A stretch of 64,000 nucleotides of DNA, taken from the IMG/VR virus record IMGVR_UViG_3300022902_000008, one strand, 5' to 3'. Origin of the DNA: a virus. A model generated the notes under the pieces. It saw only the letters and a program-made list of their open reading frames with translations, searched no databases and had not been told where the DNA came from. The position numbers and the translations under genes are program-made. Below are positions 27,991 to 35,757 of this stretch, in pieces. How positions within the stretch are numbered: position 1 is the first letter of the stretch; the number at the start of each line of letters is the position of its first letter.

Positions 27991-28373
27991 ACAACAAGCC
28001 AACAATGACAGAACATTCTAATGGAACAAAACATTGGCTTTTAAATGAAAAACTTCATCGAGAAGATGGTCCTGCAATAGTTCGGCCTAATGGAACAAAG
28101 GCATGGTATCTAAATGGAAAACGTCATCGAGAAGATGGGCCTGCTATTGAAAGTCTATATAAAAGAAAAGAATGGTGGTTGAATGGAAAGTGTTATTGTG
28201 ATATTATCAAAGGAAAGTTGCATAACAACAATTTCCTGGTATCAGATCGATATATAGGACTAGTAATAATAATGGGGGGAAAAGAAAGAGTAAGGTTCAT
28301 GAAGACAACAAACAACAAATATTTTGTAATTGAGGAAAATAATACTTCAGAAGTGGTTAACAAACAGGGTTGA
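27987..28373 (+). CDS. HRxDGPA repeat protein (2 repeats) with conserved tail
   Basis: Paralogue of 22884; ends SEVVNKQG inside promoter copy 10. Confidence 0.85.
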   Translation: MNNKPTMTEHSNGTKHWLLNEKLHREDGPAIVRPNGTKAWYLNGKRHREDGPAIESLYKRKEWWLNGKCYCDIIKGKLHNNNFLVSDRYIGLVIIMGGKERVRFMKTTNNKYFVIEENNTSEVVNKQG

Positions 28374-28385
28374 TTGTGTTATAGT
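28355..28385 (+). promoter_or_regulatory. Early promoter copy 10
   Basis: GGTTAACA-17-TGt TATAGT. Confidence 0.85.
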
Positions 28386-28473
28386 GGTTTCAGAGATTGA
28401 CAGAAAGAGAGTTCTTTGACAATAAGGGGGGAAAGAAAAAGAGACAAAAAAAATAAAATTAATTTCAAAAAGT

Positions 28474-28504
28474 GGTTAACAGAATGGTCAAAGTGTGTTA
28501 TAGT
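28474..28504 (+). promoter_or_regulatory. Early promoter copy 11
   Basis: A-tract UP element, GGTTAACA-17-TGt TATAGT. Confidence 0.85.
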
Positions 28505-28667
28505 GGTTTTGTTGATAACGGAGGCCGTCGCTCATTGATAATTTAAAAACGTTAATAATAAAACAAAGAAGGAGGGATATTTATTTTGATTGTTTAAAAT
28601 TTTATTATAAAGACTTGACAGACTTGGTATTAGCATTATATTAAACAGAAGGGAAACATTAGATGAA

Positions 28668-28917
28668 TAGAATTCGAGATCAGACTTAAAAGGTAAATTA
28701 TATTTAAATTTAATTAGATGTTTGATTTGATTGTTAGTTGTTTGATAATAAAATATATAAATAATAATTTAAAATAAAAGGTTAAAACATAATGATTAAT
28801 AATAGAATTCGAGATGGCCCTTGACAATAAATAAACCGAAAGTTTGATTATATAAAATTTAGCATGGAGAAAATAAATTAATGAGTAATATTAGAATTAG
28901 AGATGTGCCTTGACAAT
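28668..28917 (+). repeat. Three TAGAATT(C/A)GAGAT repeats, two followed by CCTTGACAATAAA
   Basis: 28668-28680, 28803-28815, 28892-28904. Confidence 0.75.
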
Positions 28918-29115
28918 AAAATAAAAGTTCTTGGTTGGCTGTAATAGTAAAGTGAGCATGTGTTCATGACACCAACAAGAAGATCCTCTATGTGTTGTTC
29001 ATTGTTAATGTATTATTGTCACTGTTTTTCTGAAAATTTAGGGGAGTTTTTAGAAGTGACAAAAGTGATGTCAATAGCTTTCCTCCTTTCGTTATTGACA
29101 TCTAGTTCTTATCAG

Positions 29116-29146
29116 GGGCCAACGTTCATTGTTGGCCCTTTTTTTT
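29116..29146 (+). terminator. Intrinsic terminator
   Basis: GGGCCAACG-TTCAT-TGTTGGCCC followed by T8. Confidence 0.9.
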
Positions 29147-29182
29147 ATAAGGGAGATAAAAATAAAATTAATCTTCAAAAAT

Positions 29183-29213
29183 GGTTAACAAGCAGAGTTG
29201 TTTATGATATAGT
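29183..29213 (+). promoter_or_regulatory. Early promoter copy 12
   Basis: GGTTAACA-17-TGa TATAGT. Confidence 0.85.
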
Positions 29214-29250
29214 GTGGTTATGTTCAGTTGATAACAACAAAAGGGAGGTC

Positions 29251-29400
29251 ATGATGATTGGAAAGGAAGTAAGGGCAATTGTGGGTTCTTCATTTACTTC
29301 TTATCGATCTGTGATGGTTGATCGTGCAACGAAGGGAAAGGTCAAACTAACCTTCCAGTATGTGAGTACGTTTGGCAAGGATAAAAGGGGAGAGGAATAA
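29251..29400 (+). CDS. Small early protein (49 aa)
   Basis: AAGGGAGG RBS before ATG 29251; the track ORF upstream of this runs through terminator and promoter. Confidence 0.6.
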   Translation: MMIGKEVRAIVGSSFTSYRSVMVDRATKGKVKLTFQYVSTFGKDKRGEE

Positions 29401-29423
29401 AAAATAAAAAACTTTCAAAAAGT

Positions 29424-29454
29424 GGTTAACAAACAAAGTTGTTTATGATATAGT
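29424..29454 (+). promoter_or_regulatory. Early promoter copy 13 (mosaic of copies 12 and 14)
   Basis: 29391-29435 = 29764-29808; 29437-29466 = 29196-29225. Confidence 0.85.
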
Positions 29455-29500
29455 GTGGTTATGTTCGGTTGCAGTTGACAACAACAAGAAGGAGAAACCG

Positions 29501-29773
29501 ATGGAAAGCATAACTGAGAAAGAGAGGAAAGTTCTTCAGGGTATTATTACTAATGATTTTCAGGATGCCGCAACTGGAACTGAGGCTGTGATTATGAATG
29601 ATATTTGGGTTGATTGCCTGGAAGATTCCACAGGAGATATTCGGGGAAAAATTTTGTCTGGTGTGGTTTCTAGCCTTTCTAAAAAAGGCCTTGTCTGGAC
29701 TGATGGGGAAGGTATCGCAATAACTAAGGAGGGATGGACCGTTCTGAACTCAACGAATAGCGAAGAGGAATAA
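29501..29773 (+). CDS. Small winged-helix-like early protein
   Basis: ITEKERKVL...LSGVVSSLSKKGLV...ITKEG; AAGGAG RBS. Confidence 0.6.
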   Translation: MESITEKERKVLQGIITNDFQDAATGTEAVIMNDIWVDCLEDSTGDIRGKILSGVVSSLSKKGLVWTDGEGIAITKEGWTVLNSTNSEEE

Positions 29774-29796
29774 AAAATAAAAAACTTTCAAAAAGT

Positions 29797-29827
29797 GGTT
29801 AACAAACAGGAGGAAGTGTGATATAAA
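29797..29827 (+). promoter_or_regulatory. Early promoter copy 14
   Basis: GGTTAACA-17-TGa TATAAA. Confidence 0.85.
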
Positions 29828-29884
29828 GGTTTCGAAATAAAGGTTGGTAAGTTTAAATTCTAGACGGTTAAAAGGAGGTTTATT

Positions 29885-31030
29885 GTGGCAAAGCTTAACG
29901 TAAAATCAGCACTGAAGGTTCTTGATAATCTGCCGAAAGAGCAGGCCGTTCTCGTTGATGGCCCTCATGGTATTGGCAAGAGTACTATCTTTAGAGATCT
30001 TGCAAAGAAGAGAAATGCACATTTTATCGATATGCGGCTCTCACAGGTTGAGTATGTAGATCTGATTGGTATGCCTCAGTCTGTTAATGGAGAAATGATC
30101 TACTCGTCCCCTTGGTGGCGACGGGAGATTGAGGCATGTGCAGAGAGAGGACAGAACGTTGTTCTCCTTCTTGATGAGATTAACCGTGCTCATCGTGATG
30201 TTCTCCAGTCAGTGTTTCAGTTGATTCTGGATCGTCGTATCCAGGATTGGGCACTTCCATCCAACGTTGACGTGTGGGTGTATGGTGCAGTCAACATGGG
30301 TGATGACTATGACGTGTCTATGATGGACCCTGCACTGTTGGATCGTTTCTATCGGTTTACCCTTGAGCCATCACCGGCAGAGTGGCTGAGGTGGTCAAAG
30401 AGCGTTGGTATCCATCGTGCAATTCACATGTTCATTGAAAAGAACCATAACTATTTGTATTTCACTGGCACGCCTGAAGAGGGCCGGATTTATCCTTCTC
30501 CTCGTTCATGGGCTATGCTTTCTAATTGTATGAATCTAAACAAAAAACTTGTTGACGATCATCATGCTCTTACTCTTCTCTCAATGGGTTTTGTTGGTGA
30601 AGAAGGGGCAACTAGGTTTGTTGACTTTGTAAAGAAGGAGTTTAATCAAATGACAGCAAAAGACATTCTTGAAAAATGGAAGGACCGGGGGCAGGATATT
30701 ACTGAACTGGTAACTGATGATGTGGTTGAGGCTTCAACTCTCATGGATCAGTGCATTGAGTTTTTCCGTGCAAAGGGAGAGGATGGGGTTAAGCCTCGTC
30801 ACATTAAGAACTTTACTGAGTATATGTTGATTGTCCCACTGGATGTGATCAACTATGCATGGCAGGCTCTCCAGGAGTACACTGAGGATGGTGGTGACGT
30901 AAAGAACATCAACTTTGTGGCCTCAAAGCTTGGTGATGATGAGCGGATCAGGACTAGGGTGGTGGAAGCCAATAGCGAGTGGATCAGGGAAGAGCAGGAG
31001 AAAGTAAAGAAGGGTGCCGAGGGCGAATAA
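29885..31030 (+). CDS. MoxR/AAA_5-type AAA+ ATPase
   Basis: Walker A GPHGIGKS, Walker B LLLDEINRA, DPALLDRF, SPRSW; AAAGGAGG RBS, GTG start. Confidence 0.92.
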   Translation: MAKLNVKSALKVLDNLPKEQAVLVDGPHGIGKSTIFRDLAKKRNAHFIDMRLSQVEYVDLIGMPQSVNGEMIYSSPWWRREIEACAERGQNVVLLLDEINRAHRDVLQSVFQLILDRRIQDWALPSNVDVWVYGAVNMGDDYDVSMMDPALLDRFYRFTLEPSPAEWLRWSKSVGIHRAIHMFIEKNHNYLYFTGTPEEGRIYPSPRSWAMLSNCMNLNKKLVDDHHALTLLSMGFVGEEGATRFVDFVKKEFNQMTAKDILEKWKDRGQDITELVTDDVVEASTLMDQCIEFFRAKGEDGVKPRHIKNFTEYMLIVPLDVINYAWQALQEYTEDGGDVKNINFVASKLGDDERIRTRVVEANSEWIREEQEKVKKGAEGE

Positions 31031-31048
31031 ACAACAAGCAGTTCTTTG

Positions 31049-31080
31049 GGGGGCGCAATGCCCCCTTACTTATTTCTTTG
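31049..31080 (+). terminator. Probable intrinsic terminator
   Basis: GGGGGC-GCAAT-GCCCCC followed by a T-rich tail. Confidence 0.65.
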
Positions 31081-31109
31081 GTAATAACAATCAACAATGA
31101 GGTTGTCTT

Positions 31110-31634
31110 ATGGGAAGACTAAAAGGTACAATTAACAAAAAGACTCTTGCAAAGAAAGCAATTGCATATTCTTTAGGGGACATAAAAAAGCTTTCAGAAA
31201 GCATATTGAATAAAATGTATCGCAATAATATTATTGATGAGAACACAGACAAGCCAACCAGTGATTGTTATAAGTTAATGTCACTTGAAGAATATAAGAA
31301 TATTAAATCAGGCAAGAAGAAGAAAAAGCAACAAGAGGCAACGGAAACAACAAACATCACAAAGTACTTCTTTTATAAAACAAGCAATCTAAAGAAGTTT
31401 GGCACAAAAAAATATATTTGGAAAATGGTTGATCGAGACTATGGACTTCAGGTTCATGGCATCAATGAGATAGAAGCAAAGTTATTTGCAAAGCATATTA
31501 ATTGCATAATATACGCTGAAGAGCTTATGGGTAATAAAAAAGAAAAGTTTTATTGTTTCAAAAAACAGTATTCAAATATGATATCAGCAAGAAAGTGGGC
31601 GAAGCAATCAGGCTTTGAGTTTATAAAGGAGTGA
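31110..31634 (+). CDS. Hypothetical basic protein
   Basis: 174 aa ORF. Confidence 0.6.
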   Translation: MGRLKGTINKKTLAKKAIAYSLGDIKKLSESILNKMYRNNIIDENTDKPTSDCYKLMSLEEYKNIKSGKKKKKQQEATETTNITKYFFYKTSNLKKFGTKKYIWKMVDRDYGLQVHGINEIEAKLFAKHINCIIYAEELMGNKKEKFYCFKKQYSNMISARKWAKQSGFEFIKE

Positions 31635-31834
31635 GACAACAAGCAACAAACACTTGGTAATATCTAAACCTAAAAAACGATCTAACAATTAAGGCCCATT
31701 GACATCAATACCCTTGACAATCAATTTATTTTACAATCAAATGTCGGAAACTAGTTTATAGACAGCAAAATCCATGCTACCATTAAAAACAACTTAACAG
31801 ACACAGCAACCCAGGGGGTAGACAAAAAAACATT

Positions 31835-32317
31835 ATGGGAAAAATAAAAAGAAATACAACAAAGAATAAAGAAAAAGAATTACAAAATAACAATAAACAA
31901 CATATAGAAGATACACAAAAAGAATCAACAAAGAATAAAGAAAAAGATTCTGTTGAACAAGAAGATTGCAATAAGAACAACAAAGAGAAAGGGGATCAAA
32001 AAAAAGATATTAATACTTTAGATAATATCCAACATGAACTACAAAATGCAATAGGCCTTGTCAAATCATTAGAATCAAAATATAAAGAAGCAAGGTATAA
32101 AGAAGATGAACCAAAAAGATTACTATTCAGTTATATTATAGATAACTTGCTCCCAGAAGAAAATAGAACAAAAGAAAAGTTACATGATGAACTTAGTACT
32201 TATGGACAAGAAGTATTCTATAAAAAAGATACATTACATAATAAGCTATTCATGGTCGCAGAAAACCTATTAAGCTTTATTAAGTTAAATAAAGAAAGAA
32301 TATTTAAGGATAATTAA
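31835..32317 (+). CDS. Hypothetical protein, low-complexity N-terminus
   Basis: 160 aa; TKNKEK repeated. Confidence 0.55.
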   Translation: MGKIKRNTTKNKEKELQNNNKQHIEDTQKESTKNKEKDSVEQEDCNKNNKEKGDQKKDINTLDNIQHELQNAIGLVKSLESKYKEARYKEDEPKRLLFSYIIDNLLPEENRTKEKLHDELSTYGQEVFYKKDTLHNKLFMVAENLLSFIKLNKERIFKDN

Positions 32318-32319
32318 TC

Positions 32320-32598
32320 ATGAGCACTATCTTATGGCTATTATTAATATTGTTTGTTGCGTTCTTAGGAACATTTCAATTATTAGCATTAATGTTTATT
32401 ATAATGTTCTTAGTAGCATGTACACCAGCAATTGTTGTGTTGACTATTGGAATATACTTAACAATAAAGATAGGTGGGTTCATTGGTGCATTGTTGGTAA
32501 TATTAACATTGTTTGGTGCAGGGTTTGTAACTTATCATTGGTTCGAAAGTGGAGCAGTTGATGCAATTACAAAGACCCTTGGTATGGACAATTGGTAA
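32320..32598 (+). CDS. Membrane protein (about 3 TM helices)
   Basis: Continuous hydrophobic stretches. Confidence 0.65.
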   Translation: MSTILWLLLILFVAFLGTFQLLALMFIIMFLVACTPAIVVLTIGIYLTIKIGGFIGALLVILTLFGAGFVTYHWFESGAVDAITKTLGMDNW

Positions 32599-32852
32599 AA
32601 GAAATAAAAAAATGGAACAAAGGTGATATTGTTTGGGTCAAAGTAAATACTTATATGTGTGGATCAGAAAGCGAAAAGAGATATGATAACCCTCCTCTAT
32701 ATAAAGGACCAGCAATTATTGTCAGTGTTAATTACAATTTAAGTTATAGGCCTATATATAGAATCAAAACAATGTATGATCGCAATGTCTTGTACAATTA
32801 TAATTATAGAATAACAGAAGAAAATATATTGTACAAGATACCCCAAGGTTAA
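32592..32852 (+). CDS. SH3/KOW-like family member
   Basis: WNKGDIVWVK...YKGPAII...YRIK...ITEENI. Confidence 0.78.
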   Translation: MVKEIKKWNKGDIVWVKVNTYMCGSESEKRYDNPPLYKGPAIIVSVNYNLSYRPIYRIKTMYDRNVLYNYNYRITEENILYKIPQG

Positions 32853-32942
32853 CATTGTAGTAATAATAGTAAAAAAAAATGTATTTAATGTTATATATAA
32901 TATATATATTATTATATTAACATTTTCAACGGAGGTTAAGCA

Positions 32943-33353
32943 ATGAAAAACAAATTTAAATCTATAGTAAAGAATATTATTAAAGAAGAGACTAGAAAGC
33001 TTATAAAGGAGGCTAGCTATAAAGATTTAACAGATGAAGAGAAAGACTTTTACAACACAACAAAAGGCCTTAATCGTGGTAAAGTTATTAAAGTTAACTT
33101 TCCCGCAACTACCATTAAAACTAAACTTGGCTGGGGATCAGGCACCACACCATCTATACCAGACATGTCTAACCTGTTAGATTTATATTGGAATAACGTT
33201 AAAGATGAGGTGCTTAATAGCATATTAAATTCATCTGAGTATTTAAATTATGAAGATCAACTTAAAGATATATCTAGAGAAGTAGGAGATAATGAAAGGT
33301 TCTGGGATTTTGTTAATAAGACTGGCCCTTGTCCTTCTGGCAATTGTGGCTAA
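32943..33353 (+). CDS. Probable virion internal protein
   Basis: N-terminal IIKEETRKLIKE/A motif; GGAGG RBS. Confidence 0.6.
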   Translation: MKNKFKSIVKNIIKEETRKLIKEASYKDLTDEEKDFYNTTKGLNRGKVIKVNFPATTIKTKLGWGSGTTPSIPDMSNLLDLYWNNVKDEVLNSILNSSEYLNYEDQLKDISREVGDNERFWDFVNKTGPCPSGNCG

Positions 33354-33407
33354 CCAACCCTTCCTTCCAATATATCTGCATATACAATAAAATTAATTCT
33401 TAAAAAT

Positions 33408-33438
33408 GGTTAACAAATCAAGGTACTTATGGTATAGT
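33408..33438 (+). promoter_or_regulatory. Early promoter copy 15
   Basis: GGTTAACA-17-TGg TATAGT. Confidence 0.85.
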
Positions 33439-33498
33439 ATGATTGCAAGTCAGGGATAAGTACTTGACAATAAAAGAAAGGGGGGGGAAAAAAAGAAA

Positions 33499-33804
33499 AT
33501 GATAACTGAAGGAACCATGCTGTGGGTTAGTGAAGTTGCATTGTATTCTTATGTTACTCCTCCAGGTTGTTATAAAGGTGCCTATAAGAAAGTAATGGAC
33601 TATTCAGGACCAGTTAATGTTGTTGTTGTTGAACCATTAATGAATGAAGAAGACAGAGGGAAGCTGGTTAGTCATGATTATGAACGTGTAGTGTCCGTTG
33701 AGATATGTGTGATTACTAAAGTAGATAGTAATGATTATCATGACAATACGTTTATTATGATAGTTGATGATGAGGATAAGAGTGTGAAGAGGATGAACGG
33801 ATAA
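33499..33804 (+). CDS. SH3/KOW-like family member
   Basis: ITEGTMLWVS...YSGPVNV. Confidence 0.6.
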   Translation: MITEGTMLWVSEVALYSYVTPPGCYKGAYKKVMDYSGPVNVVVVEPLMNEEDRGKLVSHDYERVVSVEICVITKVDSNDYHDNTFIMIVDDEDKSVKRMNG

Positions 33805-33835
33805 AAGATATATATATAAATTAATGATTGTAGGT

Positions 33836-33866
33836 GGTTAACAGATGAGGTTGATTGTGGTATATT
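33836..33866 (+). promoter_or_regulatory. Early promoter copy 16
   Basis: GGTTAACA-17-TGg TATATT. Confidence 0.85.
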
Positions 33867-33872
33867 GTGTGT

Positions 33873-33954
33873 AGGTGGATGGTTGGATTGTTATGTCCTG
33901 GAGACAGGACACCGCAGACTTAAAGTTAGCGTATATGCGGGTTGACCCATTTTT
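33873..33954 (+). ncRNA. Candidate small structured RNA
   Basis: GC-rich island right after the promoter; TGTCCTG-GAGA-CAGGACA hairpin, CCGCA/TGCGG stem, T run. Confidence 0.45.
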
Positions 33955-34092
33955 ATTGGACAGATAATTTTTTTGATATTGGAATTGTTGATTTAAGGGG
34001 TTAAACAACAATAACCAACAATAAAGACGATCAACAATATGTTTAATATAATAAAATTCAAAAGACATGTTTAAATATTAATAAAAGGAGAT

Positions 34093-34371
34093 ATGGTTAT
34101 GAGGAAAATCATTGGTGGCATGTCATTTAGAAATAAGATGATTTTAAAGACAGAAGATGCAATGTCTATTTCTACAGTTGACAAAAATGGAATCTATAAT
34201 TCGAAAGCATATTTCAGATATAATAAAAAAGAAAACAAAAGGGACACATTATACAAAAGGAATAGGCTTGACAATCTAATTAAAATTTTAAGCTTAATAG
34301 TACTTTCTCAAATATTTTACATGATATTTGGCTCATTAATTGGTGTGATATTATTAATACTAAAGTCATGA
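34093..34371 (+). CDS. Hypothetical protein with C-terminal TM helix
   Basis: AAGGAG RBS; hydrophobic C-terminus. Confidence 0.55.
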   Translation: MVMRKIIGGMSFRNKMILKTEDAMSISTVDKNGIYNSKAYFRYNKKENKRDTLYKRNRLDNLIKILSLIVLSQIFYMIFGSLIGVILLILKS

Positions 34372-34514
34372 CAAATTTATTAAGTTATTGTGATGGCAGT
34401 TTATCTTTACTTGAGGTTGCTGAGAAAATTAATGTTCCAATGTGGCAACTTTTTGATGTTATCGATATTTTATTAAAAAATAAATTATTGAAAGTGGTTA
34501 ACAAACAGAGTTGA
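34368..34514 (+). CDS. 48-aa fragment resembling the C-terminal winged helix of DUF4910 proteins
   Basis: Not in ORF track: MTNLLSYCDGSLSLLEVAEKINVPMWQLFDVIDILLKNKLLKVVNKQS. Confidence 0.55.
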   Translation: MTNLLSYCDGSLSLLEVAEKINVPMWQLFDVIDILLKNKLLKVVNKQS

Positions 34515-34526
34515 TTGTGGTATAAG
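34496..34526 (+). promoter_or_regulatory. Early promoter copy 17, leaderless
   Basis: GGTTAACA-17-TGg TATAAG; ATG at 34534. Confidence 0.85.
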
Positions 34527-34533
34527 GGTATTC

Positions 34534-34857
34534 ATGAAAATGGAAAAAATACAACTTAGTGATCTTAGGGCTGCAAGCAAACCATATATATGTTGGCTTA
34601 AGATTGATAGGGAACTGGCTATAAATTTAGGTTGGCATTTTTATTATAATCATAATGGTCTAGTTACTATATATTGTGATTGTAATGAGCGATTAACAAT
34701 TAAATTTCTGCATATGTTTAAACAAATATCTTCTTATACTTATAGGTCAGGGATAGCATTTAATCGGATTAATTTAAATGACAATTTAAACATTAATAAG
34801 TTTTTTGATTATTGTTATAATAACGATAGGTTATTTATTGTTAATAAGGGAGGTTAA
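34534..34857 (+). CDS. SH3/KOW-like family member (divergent)
   Basis: YICWLK...HNGLVTI. Confidence 0.5.
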   Translation: MKMEKIQLSDLRAASKPYICWLKIDRELAINLGWHFYYNHNGLVTIYCDCNERLTIKFLHMFKQISSYTYRSGIAFNRINLNDNLNINKFFDYCYNNDRLFIVNKGG

Positions 34858-34859
34858 AA

Positions 34860-35099
34860 ATGAAAGTATTGGAAAGCATGGTTTATGTTGGTAATCGTAT
34901 TTTGTTTAGCATGGTATTGCTTATGCTTATGTGTGTCTATGCATATCTTGCGCCATGGGGTATTGGGAATGTTGCAATGAATTTATTTGTGTTATGTGTT
35001 TCAGCATTTCTTTATGTTGTGGTTTGGGTTCCATATGCGAAGCTGAGCCTTCGTTATGAGCTTGTAAGAATTAAGAATAAGTATAGAAATGAGCAATAA
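34860..35099 (+). CDS. Two-TM membrane protein
   Basis: Two hydrophobic helices; GGGAGG RBS. Confidence 0.65.
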   Translation: MKVLESMVYVGNRILFSMVLLMLMCVYAYLAPWGIGNVAMNLFVLCVSAFLYVVVWVPYAKLSLRYELVRIKNKYRNEQ

Positions 35100-35379
35100 T
35101 AAAAACAATACGTTTAATGCTGGTGATGTTGTTTGTGTACAATTACCAAGTGATCCTAAAGAATGTGGTTGGACAAATGGAAAGTCTACTTATACTGGAT
35201 ATAATGGAATTGTTTTAATAATGGAAGAGTGTGACTTTACATACACTTCTTTTGATTATAAAATTAAAATACTTGGAACAAAAAAACAACGTGATCAGTT
35301 TTTTGTAAGAACCAATTGGATCACACACAAATTAAGCAATGGAGGAAACAATGAGGTCAAATGGATTAAGTGTAAATGA
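35089..35379 (+). CDS. SH3/KOW-like family member
   Basis: FNAGDVVCV...YNGIVLI...YKIKI...VRTNWI. Confidence 0.7.
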   Translation: MSNNKNNTFNAGDVVCVQLPSDPKECGWTNGKSTYTGYNGIVLIMEECDFTYTSFDYKIKILGTKKQRDQFFVRTNWITHKLSNGGNNEVKWIKCK

Positions 35380-35578
35380 GTTATTCAATTTGATGCAGAC
35401 TTTAAAATCTGCTGGTCATGGTGATTGCGAGGTATTGATTCGTTCTATTGATGAGATTACATGCAATGTTTTTACAGATAAGTACACAATGTATATTTTG
35501 GGTGATAATAATTGTCTCTCTAAGATCGACCCAGAATCGACTGGCGAGAAGCCTAATGTCATTGTATTAGAATATTGA
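35351..35578 (+). CDS. Hypothetical protein
   Basis: GGAGG RBS before ATG 35351. Confidence 0.6.
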   Translation: MRSNGLSVNELFNLMQTLKSAGHGDCEVLIRSIDEITCNVFTDKYTMYILGDNNCLSKIDPESTGEKPNVIVLEY

Positions 35579-35582
35579 CAGG

Positions 35583-35647
35583 ATTGATTGTGGGCTAAAT
35601 TTGGTTTTATTGGTATTGATTTGGGGCTTTATATGTGCAATAAAAAA
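35583..35647 (+). repeat. Dispersed intergenic repeat
   Basis: Homologous to 22651-22715 (inverted) and 3910-3937. Confidence 0.7.
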
Positions 35648-35757
35648 GTGATAAAAATAAAGGCTGGACAATGGCATAACTTAGGTTTAAAAGAGGGGAA
35701 GAAATATCTTATATGGTTGGTTGTTAATGGTGATCTTAATAATAAAGAGTTAAATTG

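Larger units (their letters stand above)
28511..29146 (+). ncRNA. Candidate untranslated regulatory RNA (boxA-like sites, repeats, anti-SD loop)
   Basis: Lies between tandem promoters and a strong terminator; no credible ORF; hairpins at 29016-29062 and 29067-29102. Confidence 0.5.

Noticed and set aside
22305-28373. Diversity-generating retroelement acting on the HRxDGPA genes
   Set aside because: No reverse transcriptase is in the window, and differences between copies include many C/T synonymous changes rather than adenine-only changes.
28660-28930. CRISPR mini-array
   Set aside because: The repeats are only about 13-25 nt, degenerate and irregularly spaced (135 and 89 nt), and no cas genes are present.
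28960-29250. N-terminal part of the 146-aa track ORF
   Set aside because: It crosses hairpins, a terminator and a promoter. The real start is 29251 after a strong RBS.
33873-33954. Canonical tRNA-Leu gene
   Set aside because: There is no acceptor stem, D arm or TTCGA T-loop. It is kept only as an ncRNA candidate.
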